This document shows positions 28,897 through 37,679 of a DNA stretch of 53,731 nucleotides, piece after piece; positions within the stretch are counted from its first letter, which is position 1, and every line of letters starts with the position of its first letter. The notes below the pieces were generated by a model that worked only from the letters and a program-made list of their open reading frames with translations, made no database searches and was not told the origin of the DNA. Both the position numbers and the translations under genes were made by a program. Source of the stretch: a virus (lineage: Duplodnaviria; Caudoviricetes); the IMG/VR virus record IMGVR_UViG_3300037071_000543, positions 1 to 53,731 of that record. One strand, written 5' to 3'.

Positions 28897-29071
28897 CAGA
28901 CATCCTCTGAGTTTGCCAAGCGGTGAGCGCCGCGTGATGCTGATCGACGTTCCGGCTTGGATTTTTCCATGCGAATTTGAACATCGCCATTTTCTGCTCT
29001 TCGGCAAGTGCCTCCCGGTTGGGATAGCTTTGAACGAATACGTCCCATTTGGCTTTGTGTTCTGGCGTCAT
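28826..29071 (-). CDS. Hypothetical protein
   Basis: GGAGGGG RBS; overlaps the terS start. Confidence 0.4.
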   Translation of the reverse strand: MTPEHKAKWDVFVQSYPNREALAEEQKMAMFKFAWKNPSRNVDQHHAALTAWQTQRMSDANSQKCQTGIVLSVPRHRQDIG

Positions 29072-29100
29072 TTTCCCCTCCGGTTCATCGAAAAAGTGGC

Positions 29101-29312
29101 TGGACCATGTGGTTCAACCTCCCCTCATAGAGGGGGAGGGTTGTGAACCAGTCCACAAGGGTGGTCTCCGGTTTCGATTTTGGTCCAACCAATGTTGCTA
29201 TGTAAATATGTGAAAACATTAACAAATCTATCGATGCTGGTTCAACCTAAACCCCTGAACCAAAAAGGGCTGGACAAATCGCTTTTGGTTCACACTTTAT
29301 GCGGGTGAACCA
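29101..29312. repeat. Candidate replication origin with TGGTTCA/TGAACCA repeats
   Basis: Exact heptamers at 29110, 29144, 29238, 29256, 29286 and 29306, variants at 29101 and 29181, around an AT-rich core at about 29190-29230, at the helicase 3' end. Confidence 0.55.
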
Positions 29313-30547
29313 GCAACTTCTGATGTGCCTAATTCGAGCGCCTTTTCGCCCTCCTTGGTGAGGACCAGTTTGCCCGAATAATCACGCATCCACTTCTTTT
29401 CGCGGAGCCGATCGACGGTCCTGCGGGCGGTGCTTCGCGATGTCTGCGCCTTCACCGCGATTTCGCGCTCTGACAGGTTGGCCTCCGCGTGGACGGCGGC
29501 GAGTATGGCAAGCTCGACCCGGTTTTGTTCGGTCTTGAGTTCGGCCTCGCGGCTTTCGACCATTGGCCGGACCACGGTGGCCGCCATCTGGTTGCCTTCG
29601 CTATCGAGCAGGTATTCAGGCTTGATGATCGCGGACTCCAGTTTGATCGGATCGAACGGGATGCCGCGCAGCTTGCCGAGCCAGTGGAAGGTGGCGACGT
29701 TGCCCTCCACCCATGAGGTGAGGTTGCCGTCGAGTTCATTGGTGATGGCCGAGCCGCCGCGTGGCAGCAGATCGTCGCGCTTGGCCCGCTTGACCGGGTG
29801 AGCCACGATAATCCCGACAGGTCGCGCCGGGTGGAACTCCAGCAGCGATCGGAAGTCGGCGGCGAAGTCGAGCATGGCCGTATTGAGGCTGTCATCGTCG
29901 CCGAGGAAGAAGGCTTGCAGGCTGTCGAAGACGACCAGCGCAAGGTCTGGATACTCGCCGAGCAAATACTGGATGCGATCGGTCGCCTCCGAGATGTCGA
30001 ACACGCCTTCATGCCAGACGATCGGCAGATCGTAGGGATCGATGCCAAGCTCCGAGCACATCCCGTAGAACTGGTAGCGGACGTTATCGGGGTTTTCGCC
30101 AGCGAAAATTACAACCGTGCCTTGCTGGCACTTGCGACCGCAGAACCACTCGCCGCGCGCCACCTTGATGGCCATCAGGAGAGCGATCAACGTTTTGCAG
30201 TGCCCAGTGTTGCCGGTGAATGTGTAGGTCGATCCGCGTAGCAAAACACCTGCCACCAAATAATCCGGTGGTTGCATCTTTTCGAGAAATTCGACGGAAC
30301 TGATGAAGCCGTTGAACTTGCGGCCTCGCTTGCGGGCCTTTTTGGGCTTGGAGAAAGCGCCTTCGCCATTGAAAAACGGTCGTTGGCCCGGCTCATGTGT
30401 CACAAAACACCTGCCGACCGCTTGAATTGTGGGGGAAAATGGATAGATTGCATGGGAGTAGACCCTCCTCATCCGTTCGCAGGTTGGTGGAGTTTCTGGG
30501 GCCGGTGGTGTTCGAAGCACCCCGGCCCCCATTCTTATCCGGCTCAC
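29297..30547 (-). CDS. AAA_25 / RepA-type SF4 helicase with C-terminal winged HTH (start uncertain)
   Basis: PPDYLVAGVL, Walker A GNTGHCKT, FAGEN, LVVFDSL, VAHP, RGGSAITNELD, and C-terminal SEREIA...SRSTARR. Confidence 0.8.
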   Translation of the reverse strand: MSRIRMGAGVLRTPPAPETPPTCERMRRVYSHAIYPFSPTIQAVGRCFVTHEPGQRPFFNGEGAFSKPKKARKRGRKFNGFISSVEFLEKMQPPDYLVAGVLLRGSTYTFTGNTGHCKTLIALLMAIKVARGEWFCGRKCQQGTVVIFAGENPDNVRYQFYGMCSELGIDPYDLPIVWHEGVFDISEATDRIQYLLGEYPDLALVVFDSLQAFFLGDDDSLNTAMLDFAADFRSLLEFHPARPVGIIVAHPVKRAKRDDLLPRGGSAITNELDGNLTSWVEGNVATFHWLGKLRGIPFDPIKLESAIIKPEYLLDSEGNQMAATVVRPMVESREAELKTEQNRVELAILAAVHAEANLSEREIAVKAQTSRSTARRTVDRLREKKWMRDYSGKLVLTKEGEKALELGTSEVAGSPA

Positions 30548-30575
30548 CGGATTTTTCTAGCCCCATAGTCCGATT

Positions 30576-31043
30576 TCAAACCGACACCCGGACCTGTCGG
30601 CGGATCGCTCCCCAGCCTTCGAGCACGGCCAGCGCATCATCCACGGTGTCGACCCACGCCACCTTGCCCCCGGCCTGCTCGACCTCATCCATGAACAAAA
30701 GCTGTGATTCGGTGGGCTTCTCGCCGCGCCGCTTGAGTTCCAGCACATGCACGCGCGCGCCGCCCGGCTGGATCAGGATGAAGTCGGACACCCCGGCCCG
30801 GGCTCCCATGCGCTTGAGCCGTCCGCCCTCGATCGATCGGCGGGTGATTGTGCCGTCCTTGTTCTCCTTCCAGATTGCCGATCGCTCGCCGCCGTTGGGC
30901 GGGTGAAACCACAGCCAGCCCGGAGCCTTGCCAACCCGCAGGTAGTCGGCGATGACGCAGTGCATTTCGAACTCGGTCGCGCCTGTCGGTCTCACTCCGC
31001 GCTGCCGTGGCCCCTTCAGCAAATCCAGTTGGCGCTCGACCAT
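30576..31043 (-). CDS. VRR-NUC family nuclease
   Basis: WFHPPNGG...LKRMGARAGVSDF...LELKRRGEKPTESQ. Confidence 0.85.
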   Translation of the reverse strand: MVERQLDLLKGPRQRGVRPTGATEFEMHCVIADYLRVGKAPGWLWFHPPNGGERSAIWKENKDGTITRRSIEGGRLKRMGARAGVSDFILIQPGGARVHVLELKRRGEKPTESQLLFMDEVEQAGGKVAWVDTVDDALAVLEGWGAIRRQVRVSV

Positions 31044-31123
31044 CGTAGTACAATCCCTCTTGCACTCCCCGCTGCAATCTGTAACCTTGGCATTTCACTT
31101 TGGCTACAGGGAGGATGAGACCC

Positions 31124-31249
31124 GTGAAAACCTTGATTGCGACTTTCGTACTATCGCTGGCGCTGGCTGGCGTTGTTTACGCCAAGACCTGCCGGACCAC
31201 CTGCACGACGATCGGCGACACCCAGTTCTGCCGCACCTCATGCCTCTGA
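31124..31249 (+). CDS. Small secreted Cys-rich peptide (not in track)
   Basis: GGGAGG RBS and GTG start: MKTLIATFVLSLALAGVVYA-KTCRTTCTTIGDTQFCRTSCL. Confidence 0.6.
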   Translation: MKTLIATFVLSLALAGVVYAKTCRTTCTTIGDTQFCRTSCL

Positions 31250-31256
31250 CCGGAGG

Positions 31257-31346
31257 ATGTTCGACTTCATCGACTTCAGGGAACTGATTTTCATATTCCT
31301 GTTCGGCATGGTGTTCGGCTTCGTGCTGGGCGTCATCCTGATATGA
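31257..31346 (+). CDS. 29-aa single-TM peptide
   Basis: MFDFIDFRELIFIFLFGMVFGFVLGVILI, fills the gap between neighbours. Confidence 0.4.
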   Translation: MFDFIDFRELIFIFLFGMVFGFVLGVILI

Positions 31347-31354
31347 GGTGAGCT

Positions 31355-31753
31355 ATGCCGCAGCCGTTCAACCGGACTTGGATCATCAACGCGCCGTGGG
31401 CGCACCCGGTCTGGAGCCAGTACGCGCTGCTGCTGTACGACCTGACCACGCCGATGGACGACCTGCCGCCGCCTATCCTCTACCGGGAGGGCGACACCCA
31501 TGAGTTCCTGCTGTACGCGATGGACCCGGATGTGCCGGTCAAGCCGGGCAAGGAACCGCCGAAGGACACCGAGATGCAGCTACTTGGTCCGGCGAATCAC
31601 GGCTATCAGTTCAAGGCGGACTCCGACGCGGCGGCGGAGCAGCGTATGGATGAGGTGGTCGAGGCGATCGAGCAAGGCGTACTCCACCCGGACACCGACT
31701 TCCGCAAGGACTGGGACGAGATATTCAAGGACGCCTATTCGCTCAAGAGGTGA
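31355..31753 (+). CDS. Hypothetical protein
   Basis: GAGGT RBS; APWAHPVWSQY motif. Confidence 0.65.
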   Translation: MPQPFNRTWIINAPWAHPVWSQYALLLYDLTTPMDDLPPPILYREGDTHEFLLYAMDPDVPVKPGKEPPKDTEMQLLGPANHGYQFKADSDAAAEQRMDEVVEAIEQGVLHPDTDFRKDWDEIFKDAYSLKR

Positions 31754-31757
31754 CACG

Positions 31758-31922
31758 ATGCCACTGAAAAAGGGCAAGTCGAAAAAGACCATCTCCAAGA
31801 ACATCAAGGAGATGAAGAAGGCCGGATACCCGCAGGATCAGGCGGTGGCCGCGAGCCTCGACACCGCGCGCAAGTCGGGTGCCAAGATTCCGAAGCATAA
31901 GGGCATGAGGCTGAAGTCGTGA
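31758..31922 (+). CDS. Small basic phage protein (MPLKKGKSKKTISKNI family)
   Basis: Widespread phage motif ...QAVAASLDTARK. Confidence 0.7.
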   Translation: MPLKKGKSKKTISKNIKEMKKAGYPQDQAVAASLDTARKSGAKIPKHKGMRLKS

Positions 31923-32122
31923 AGACCAGCGACGTTCTTGCCGCCGCCAAGAAGGTGCCGAAAGGCGATGGTAAAGGCGCGATCAAATGCCCGCGTTGCC
32001 CGAATACGCTGCACTGGTGGCGCAAGGGCACCCGCCTGAAACTGCGGTGCGACATGGAAACCTGCCTGTGGGATGACGTGATCGAGACCAGCGTCGTGTC
32101 GATGCGGGGAGGTGACGAATGA
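31919..32122 (+). CDS. Zinc-ribbon small protein
   Basis: KCPRC...RCDMETC. Confidence 0.55.
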   Translation: MKTSDVLAAAKKVPKGDGKGAIKCPRCPNTLHWWRKGTRLKLRCDMETCLWDDVIETSVVSMRGGDE

Positions 32123-32316
32123 CGACCCGGGAGGAGTTCGACGGCGTGTTCGGCAAGGTGCTGAAGGCGCTGCCGCTGGTTCCAAAAGAGGGTTTCAGCG
32201 GCTCGTTCAAGTGCCCGGCCTGCGAAGACGGCACCGTCTATTGGAGACGCGCGCCGCGCAACAAGCACCTGCGGCTGCAATGCAGCACGCCAAACTGTGT
32301 CTGGATGTTCCAATGA
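32119..32316 (+). CDS. Zinc-ribbon small protein, paralogue of the previous gene
   Basis: KCPAC...QCSTPNC. Confidence 0.6.
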   Translation: MTTREEFDGVFGKVLKALPLVPKEGFSGSFKCPACEDGTVYWRRAPRNKHLRLQCSTPNCVWMFQ

Positions 32317-34455
32317 AGCTCGATCCCCGCTGGCTACCGCGCTCCTACCCGGAGCTATTGCAGGACGTGATTGCCATGCACGCCAACATCGATTCGCATG
32401 ACACCACCGAGGCCAAGCGCATGGCGACCATGCTCGAACCTGCGGTGGTGGTCGCCCGCGAGCAGCTTGACAGAATCACCCAAGCCGCGATCGCCCGGAT
32501 GATTGGCGGCCAGCATGGGTAAGCTCTCGCCGATCGTCTCGCGTCAGATCGACATGCTGACCGACGACCTTTCGCTGACCTGCCACGGCGCGGATGTCGG
32601 CATCGTCGCGGTCGCGCTGGCCCGGGTGCTTTCCAGCGCCCTGATGAACATCCCGGACGGGCACCGCGATGTCGCCTTTGACGCCTTCGTCGTGCTGGCC
32701 CGCAACAACCTGCTGCTTGGCGAGAAAGGCCAGAAGGTCGAGGAAGCATGGAACAGTATTCAACCACGTTCGAAATAATCCGCACCGTGATCGACCGCGC
32801 CGACCGCGCCATGCGCGAGCGGAACATCTACGCCAGCATCACGATCGAACTCGACCAGAAGGACTGGGACGAGTTCCGTCACACCCTGCCGCCGATGGTT
32901 ACTCCCTTCATCGCGATCCGGGGGATCACCCCACCGCCCGATGATTTCGTCGCGGTCACCGTGGGTGGGCATACCGTGAGGCTGAAGCAATGAAGAAGCA
33001 GTACGCGGGGCGGAAGGTGACGGTGGCCGAGCCGAGGGTGACCATCAACGGCGTCGACCTGTCAGTCGGGCAGGCGATGACGCTGCGGGTGGCAATGGCC
33101 CAGTTTCTCGAAGACATGAGCCACCCGAACGCGCTGGGCACCGACGAGCACGGGCGCAGGATGACTGCCGCTTACCGCGAGCACGCCCGCAACATCAGCG
33201 CCATGATCCTGCGCCTATGAGCAAGAATCTGGTTTTCATCCTCCCACCGAAGGACGGGCACCTCACCGCGCCGCAGAACGAGCCAGCGCGGAAGCTGACG
33301 CACAAGCGGCTGGCGTGGCTGCAAATTCTCGAAATGGGGCCGGGTCACCGGAACAGCAATGTCGGCTTCTACTGCATGACTGCCGGGTGGAGCGAGTGGA
33401 ACTATGTCGACGCCAAGACCGGCGAACACCTCACCTCCGAGGCTGCGGCGGCGCTACGCTACGATGAGCGCGTCCGCACAGATGGGGAGCGGCTGACGCC
33501 GAAAGGCCGCTGGATCGCCAAGTTTGGCCGCGTGGGAGAGATTTATTGACCGAGCACCAAGACTGGAAGTGGTGGAAGGACGAAGCCTACAAGGCAGCGA
33601 CCCGCGCCGATGCTGCGGAGAAGGACGCGGCGGCGTTGCGAGAGGCCATAGAGCGTGTGCTTACCGGCAGGGAAGTTTACAAGGGCGACCACACAGAAGT
33701 GGAAAGTTACGACACCGGCACCATAGAGAACATCCTCAGTGCCGCGTTGGAGGCCAAGCCATGACGCCCGATGCTGATCCGGTGGCTTGGCAAAACCGCT
33801 ATCGGTCGCGGAGTTGGCCGTCAGAAGAATGGTCGGAGTGGTCGGAATGGCGTGATGGGAAGCAGCCTGAGTTGCGGACAAAAGCAGAAGACGGAGGCTG
33901 CTACGACACGGAAGAGCGTCCGCTTTACACACGTCCCGACCCTGAACTTGTCAAGGCTATGGGCCGCGCCGAGGCTGCGGAGCAGCGGGTGGTAGAACTG
34001 GTGGAATCGCGCAACGGAATCCTCGACCAGCGTGATGCCTTCCATAAGCGCGTCAAGGAACTGGAGGCCTCGCGCAGCGAAATTATCATCCTGCGCAATA
34101 CCTTCCGTAAGCGCGTCAAGGAACTGGAGGCGCGGCTGGCGAGTGAAGAGTCGGCGTCGAGCCAGACCCGGGCCGAACGCTATAATCTGGCGCAGCAGGT
34201 CAAGGAACTGACCAGACGGCTGGAAGCCCTGCAACAGGAGGTGTCGAAATGACCCGAACGGAAGCGATCGACCGCGTGCTGACCTATCTGCGGATGCTGC
34301 TTGGACGGCCCGGTATCGACCCGGAAATGGTGGCCAAGGCCAACGAATCGATCATCCTGCTAGAGCAGGAAAAGGTCGACATCGCCACCCGTGAGGCCGA
34401 ACTTGCGGCGATCACCGACAGCCTGCAATCGATCCTCGGTTCGCGATCGTCTTGA
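32313..34455 (+). CDS. Run of coupled small hypothetical genes (32313-32522, 32515-32778, 32748-32993, 32990-33220, 33217-33549, 33546-33764, 33761-34252, 34249-34455)
   Basis: Consecutive ATGA/TTGA-overlapping ORFs. 33761-34252 carries a repeated KRVKELEA. Confidence 0.55.
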
Positions 34456-34481
34456 CGCTGCCTGTAGCATCCGGTTACAAC
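34452..34481 (+). promoter_or_regulatory. Sigma70-like promoter overlapped by a 17-bp operator
   Basis: TTGACG-18-TACAAC; TGTAGCATCCGGTTACA at 34463-34479. Confidence 0.6.
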
Positions 34482-34504
34482 TACGCCAAACCGGGAGGAT
34501 AAGC

Positions 34505-34825
34505 ATGCCGCTTGAAATCGTGCAGCGCGCCGCCGACAAAGCGGGCGGGCTGGCAGTCTTGGCGCGGGCGCTTGGCATCAGCCACACGGCATTCTATCGC
34601 TGGAAGGCGGTGCCGCCAGATCGCGTGCTCCAGATCGAGGAGATAACCGGAATCCCCCGATATGAAATCCGGCCCGACATCTACCCGTCACCCGACCGGC
34701 AAGAGCAGATCAATATCGAATCGGAATTGCGCGCGATGATTCGCCGCTATACGACCCGGCTGACCAGCCAGCAAATCCGCGCCGCGCTCCGCACCGCCAT
34801 CAACGAAGTGCGAGACCTCCCGTGA
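34505..34825 (+). CDS. Cro/YdaS-like HTH regulator
   Basis: GGLAVLARALGISHTAFYRWKAVPPDRVLQIEEITGIPRYEIRPDIY. Confidence 0.85.
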   Translation: MPLEIVQRAADKAGGLAVLARALGISHTAFYRWKAVPPDRVLQIEEITGIPRYEIRPDIYPSPDRQEQINIESELRAMIRRYTTRLTSQQIRAALRTAINEVRDLP

Positions 34826-35208
34826 CCACGCCGTCCTATGTCGAGTTCCGATCGTCGCTCTGTGCCTGCCGACCGCGCATGGAGCCCAAACCACAGGGCA
34901 TCATGCCGCTGATACGGACCCAGCATCGCGGCTACCGGACGGTCAAATATCTGGTCGACGTGTTCCCGGAGAAGGTCGACCGCAAGCGCCTGCGCATGGC
35001 GGCTGGAATCAGTGGCCGCGACCCGCGCCATAGCGCCAACTTCGAATGGCACCTCCTGCGGATCAACGATACCTTGCCGCTCACCGGCTGGCAGATCGAG
35101 TCCAACGAGACCGACACCCTCTACTGGCTGGAGCCAATCAACGAAGGGCACCACATGCGGTTGGTGCGCGAATTTCAAAGGAGACGGGAGCATGCCAGTG
35201 GGACATAA
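34822..35208 (+). CDS. Hypothetical protein, possible winged helix
   Basis: GTGA-coupled ORF. Confidence 0.45.
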   Translation: MTTPSYVEFRSSLCACRPRMEPKPQGIMPLIRTQHRGYRTVKYLVDVFPEKVDRKRLRMAAGISGRDPRHSANFEWHLLRINDTLPLTGWQIESNETDTLYWLEPINEGHHMRLVREFQRRREHASGT

Positions 35209-35797
35209 CTCGGGCCAGTTGACGGAAGACGAACGCAAATCGCTATTCTTCAGCCACGTCCGCAAGCGCATGGCGATCGACGCCAAGATCAAGACCTTGC
35301 GAACCGAGCGCAAGGAGGACGGCGCGGCGGCGCAGAGCTTTGGCATCGTGCTGAAGGACATGGACTTCGCCATCGAAGCCATGCAGGCCGACGACAAGGC
35401 GAAGATCAGCGACCGCTACCTCTCGCACGGCGAGATTCTCAACTGGCTTGGTCTGGTCACCGGCTTTCAGGCGGACCTGCTGCGCGATCGCGCTCCCGCC
35501 CTCGATCGCATCGAGAATGACGGGCAGGTGGCCGGGCTGGCGGGCAAGAGCGAAGGGCAGAGCGGATACCCGGCCAAGTCGGATGAGGACACGGCATGGC
35601 GCAAGGGCCACCGCGAAGGCCAACGGATCATGCGCGACAACCTCAAGGCCGCGATGGACAAGAAGAACGCGGAGAACAAGGCGACCGTCGAAGGCCTCAA
35701 GGGCGACAAGCCCAAGCCCGAGCCCAAGAAGACCGGCAAGGTGGTGCCGATGAGGCCGAAGTCGACCAAGCCGCCGACCCCGCCGCCTGCTGCATAA
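35192..35797 (+). CDS. GapR/DUF2312-like DNA-binding protein
   Basis: GHNS N-terminus, then IDAKIKTLRTERKE...AQSFG..LKDM helix pattern; basic tail. Confidence 0.5.
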   Translation: MPVGHNSGQLTEDERKSLFFSHVRKRMAIDAKIKTLRTERKEDGAAAQSFGIVLKDMDFAIEAMQADDKAKISDRYLSHGEILNWLGLVTGFQADLLRDRAPALDRIENDGQVAGLAGKSEGQSGYPAKSDEDTAWRKGHREGQRIMRDNLKAAMDKKNAENKATVEGLKGDKPKPEPKKTGKVVPMRPKSTKPPTPPPAA

Positions 35798-35912
35798 AAC
35801 GGCATCGCATCAGGTGAGAATCCCCGGAAAGGATGCTCGCGCCTGCTGCATAAAAACAGGGGCGCTAAAATTCAAAAACGAATTATGACGCCCCCAAAAA
35901 AGGAGAATTTGC

Positions 35913-36269
35913 ATGGCCCAAATGTTGAAACTGTCCGGCGATCCAGATGACGACGACCTTGAGGAGGCCGTCGAGGCGGCGATGAAGGACCTCGCGCCGC
36001 CGAAGGTGAGTGATCCAGTCGGTCGACCCTTCAACCCCGAGCAGTCAGCGCCGCCCGGCACGCTGGTGACCCAATACCGGCAGTCGTTCGCCAACCAGAT
36101 TCGCCTGCTTCAGGAGCGCATCGACACGCTCAACAACGAAGCCCGCATGCTTACGAGCGAATACCGCCGCAAGATGGAGGAGATTGAGACCAAGCTCCGC
36201 CGCCTCACCGTGGTCAAGGCGTCGGTCGAGGGCGCGCACACCCACCTGCTGCGCCGGGAAGATGAGTGA
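35913..36269 (+). CDS. Coiled-coil hypothetical protein
   Basis: AGGAG RBS. Confidence 0.6.
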   Translation: MAQMLKLSGDPDDDDLEEAVEAAMKDLAPPKVSDPVGRPFNPEQSAPPGTLVTQYRQSFANQIRLLQERIDTLNNEARMLTSEYRRKMEEIETKLRRLTVVKASVEGAHTHLLRREDE

Positions 36270-36828
36270 CTGGTTCTTCGCCCCGCTCAGGCCGCTCTAC
36301 TACGAAGTGATCGTCATCGACCCGGCGTTGCACTTCAAACTGTACAGCGAGGCCGGGGCGAAGAAATCCCCGCAGGCCCAATACCGGACGATGGCCGACA
36401 ATGACATTCTCGACCTGCCTGTCGGAAGCCTCGCGTCGTTGGGATGCCTGATGTTCCTGTGGGCGACCGCGCCAAAACTGCCGCTGGCGCTCAAGATGGT
36501 CGAGGCGTGGGGCTTCACCTACAAATCCGTCATGGTCTGGCGCAAGGTGACCACCAACGGCAAGGTCCGCTGGGGGCCGGGCTACCGGGTGCGATCGACC
36601 GGCGAACTGGTCATCGTCGCCACCCTCGGCAATCCCCGGCAGACCTACATCCCGCCGACGATCTTCGATGGCGTGGCCCGCGAGCACAGCCGAAAGCCGG
36701 AGGAGTTCTATGCGCTGGTCGAGAAGATCATGCCGCACGCGCGCCGCGCTGACGTGTTTAGTCGACAGCTTCGCCCGGGCTGGGAGAGCTTCGGCGATCA
36801 GACACTTCTGTTCGAGGAGGGAAGCTGA
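36262..36828 (+). CDS. MT-A70-family adenine methyltransferase
   Basis: YEVIVIDPAL, LFLWAT-like MFLWAT, AWGFTYKS, REHSRKPEEFY, FSRQLRPGWESFGDQ. Confidence 0.85.
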   Translation: MSDWFFAPLRPLYYEVIVIDPALHFKLYSEAGAKKSPQAQYRTMADNDILDLPVGSLASLGCLMFLWATAPKLPLALKMVEAWGFTYKSVMVWRKVTTNGKVRWGPGYRVRSTGELVIVATLGNPRQTYIPPTIFDGVAREHSRKPEEFYALVEKIMPHARRADVFSRQLRPGWESFGDQTLLFEEGS

Positions 36829-37421
36829 TGTTTGTGGCCGCGTACCGCCGCACAATGGCCAGCGCCAAGCGGATCATCGAAGACGAGGACAACCCGACGC
36901 CGCGCCGCGCCAAGCTCATCGAGCAGGCGCGCGCATGGCAGGAAAAGGCACACGCGCGCCAACGCCGGTTCGACGCCGACCAGCGCGCCGCCGACGAAAC
37001 CCGCAATCGGCTGATCGAGGAGTCGCCGGTCAGGATTCCGATCCTCGAAATACCGACGCCGCTCGACATCATGCAGAAGGTCGCCAACTGGCACGGGATA
37101 ACTCTGGATGAACTGCGCGGCGAGTCGCGGGAATGGCCGACGATCGCTGCCCGATTCGACGCGATCGCCGCCGTCTACCTGAATTGCCGGATGGGCGGGA
37201 AACCCCCGAGCCTGCCGTACATGGCCCGGTTCTTCGGCCAGCGTCACCACACGACGATCCTTGCCGCGCTGAAAAAGCGCAAGATCACTCGGCAGCCTGC
37301 TTCTTCTGCGATGACGGCATCCGCGAGCGTATGCGTTGACGAATCTTCTGCCGCGTCTTCGACGGTGGTGAAGGAGGCGCAGGCGGCGCAGGCGGAGGCG
37401 GCGGCGGCATCGCCTGCTTGA
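36828..37421 (+). CDS. DnaA C-terminal (domain IV)-like HTH protein
   Basis: VANWHGITLDELRGESR...ARF...SLPYMARFFGQRHHTTILAALKK. Confidence 0.75.
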   Translation: MFVAAYRRTMASAKRIIEDEDNPTPRRAKLIEQARAWQEKAHARQRRFDADQRAADETRNRLIEESPVRIPILEIPTPLDIMQKVANWHGITLDELRGESREWPTIAARFDAIAAVYLNCRMGGKPPSLPYMARFFGQRHHTTILAALKKRKITRQPASSAMTASASVCVDESSAASSTVVKEAQAAQAEAAAASPA

Positions 37422-37569
37422 GCGTATCATTGACCCGCTGTAGCCAGCCCGGCCCGGTCGCTCTGTAATAATCCACGATTTCCGGCTCCAGCCGCAGCGT
37501 CAGCAGTGCCTTGCGCGACGGTGGCCGCCCGACCTTTTTCTTCTCTTTCACTTCCATTTTCGCCGTCAT
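37285..37569 (-). CDS. BrnA-antitoxin-like ribbon-helix-helix protein (orphan)
   Basis: GRPPSRKALLTLRLEPEIVDYYRATGPGWLQRVNDTL matches the BrnA C-terminal signature. Confidence 0.75.
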   Translation of the reverse strand: MTAKMEVKEKKKVGRPPSRKALLTLRLEPEIVDYYRATGPGWLQRVNDTLKQAMPPPPPPAPPAPPSPPSKTRQKIRQRIRSRMPSSQKKQAAE

Positions 37570-37595
37570 GCCGATGCTCCCAACTTTTTTAATTC

Positions 37596-37641
37596 CGTAC
37601 TACGATTTACCCTTGCTGGCAAACTCGTTTCGTACTACGTA
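37596..37641 (+). promoter_or_regulatory. Divergent early promoter with paired CGTA(C/G)TACG boxes
   Basis: CGTACTACG at 37596 and 37631; TTGCTG-17-TACGTA. Confidence 0.65.
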
Positions 37642-37679
37642 ATAGGTGGACGGGAAGAAAGCAAGGAGAAACCACGGAA

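Noticed and set aside
29101-29312. CRISPR-like array
   Set aside because: Repeats are only 7 bp, alternate in orientation, are irregularly spaced, and have no cas genes nearby.
1-31000. Many long plus-strand ORFs (e.g. 20116-22086, 22319-23632, 6262-7437)
   Set aside because: These are antisense shadows of high-GC minus-strand genes, with no RBS coupling or recognisable motifs.
34030-34215. Repeated TAAGCGCGTCAAGGAACTGGAGGC
   Set aside because: It is an in-frame coiled-coil duplication (KRVKELEA) within a hypothetical gene.
34400-34830. Lambda-like CI/Cro lysogeny switch
   Set aside because: No divergent CI or integrase in the window, so lifestyle cannot be called from this sequence.
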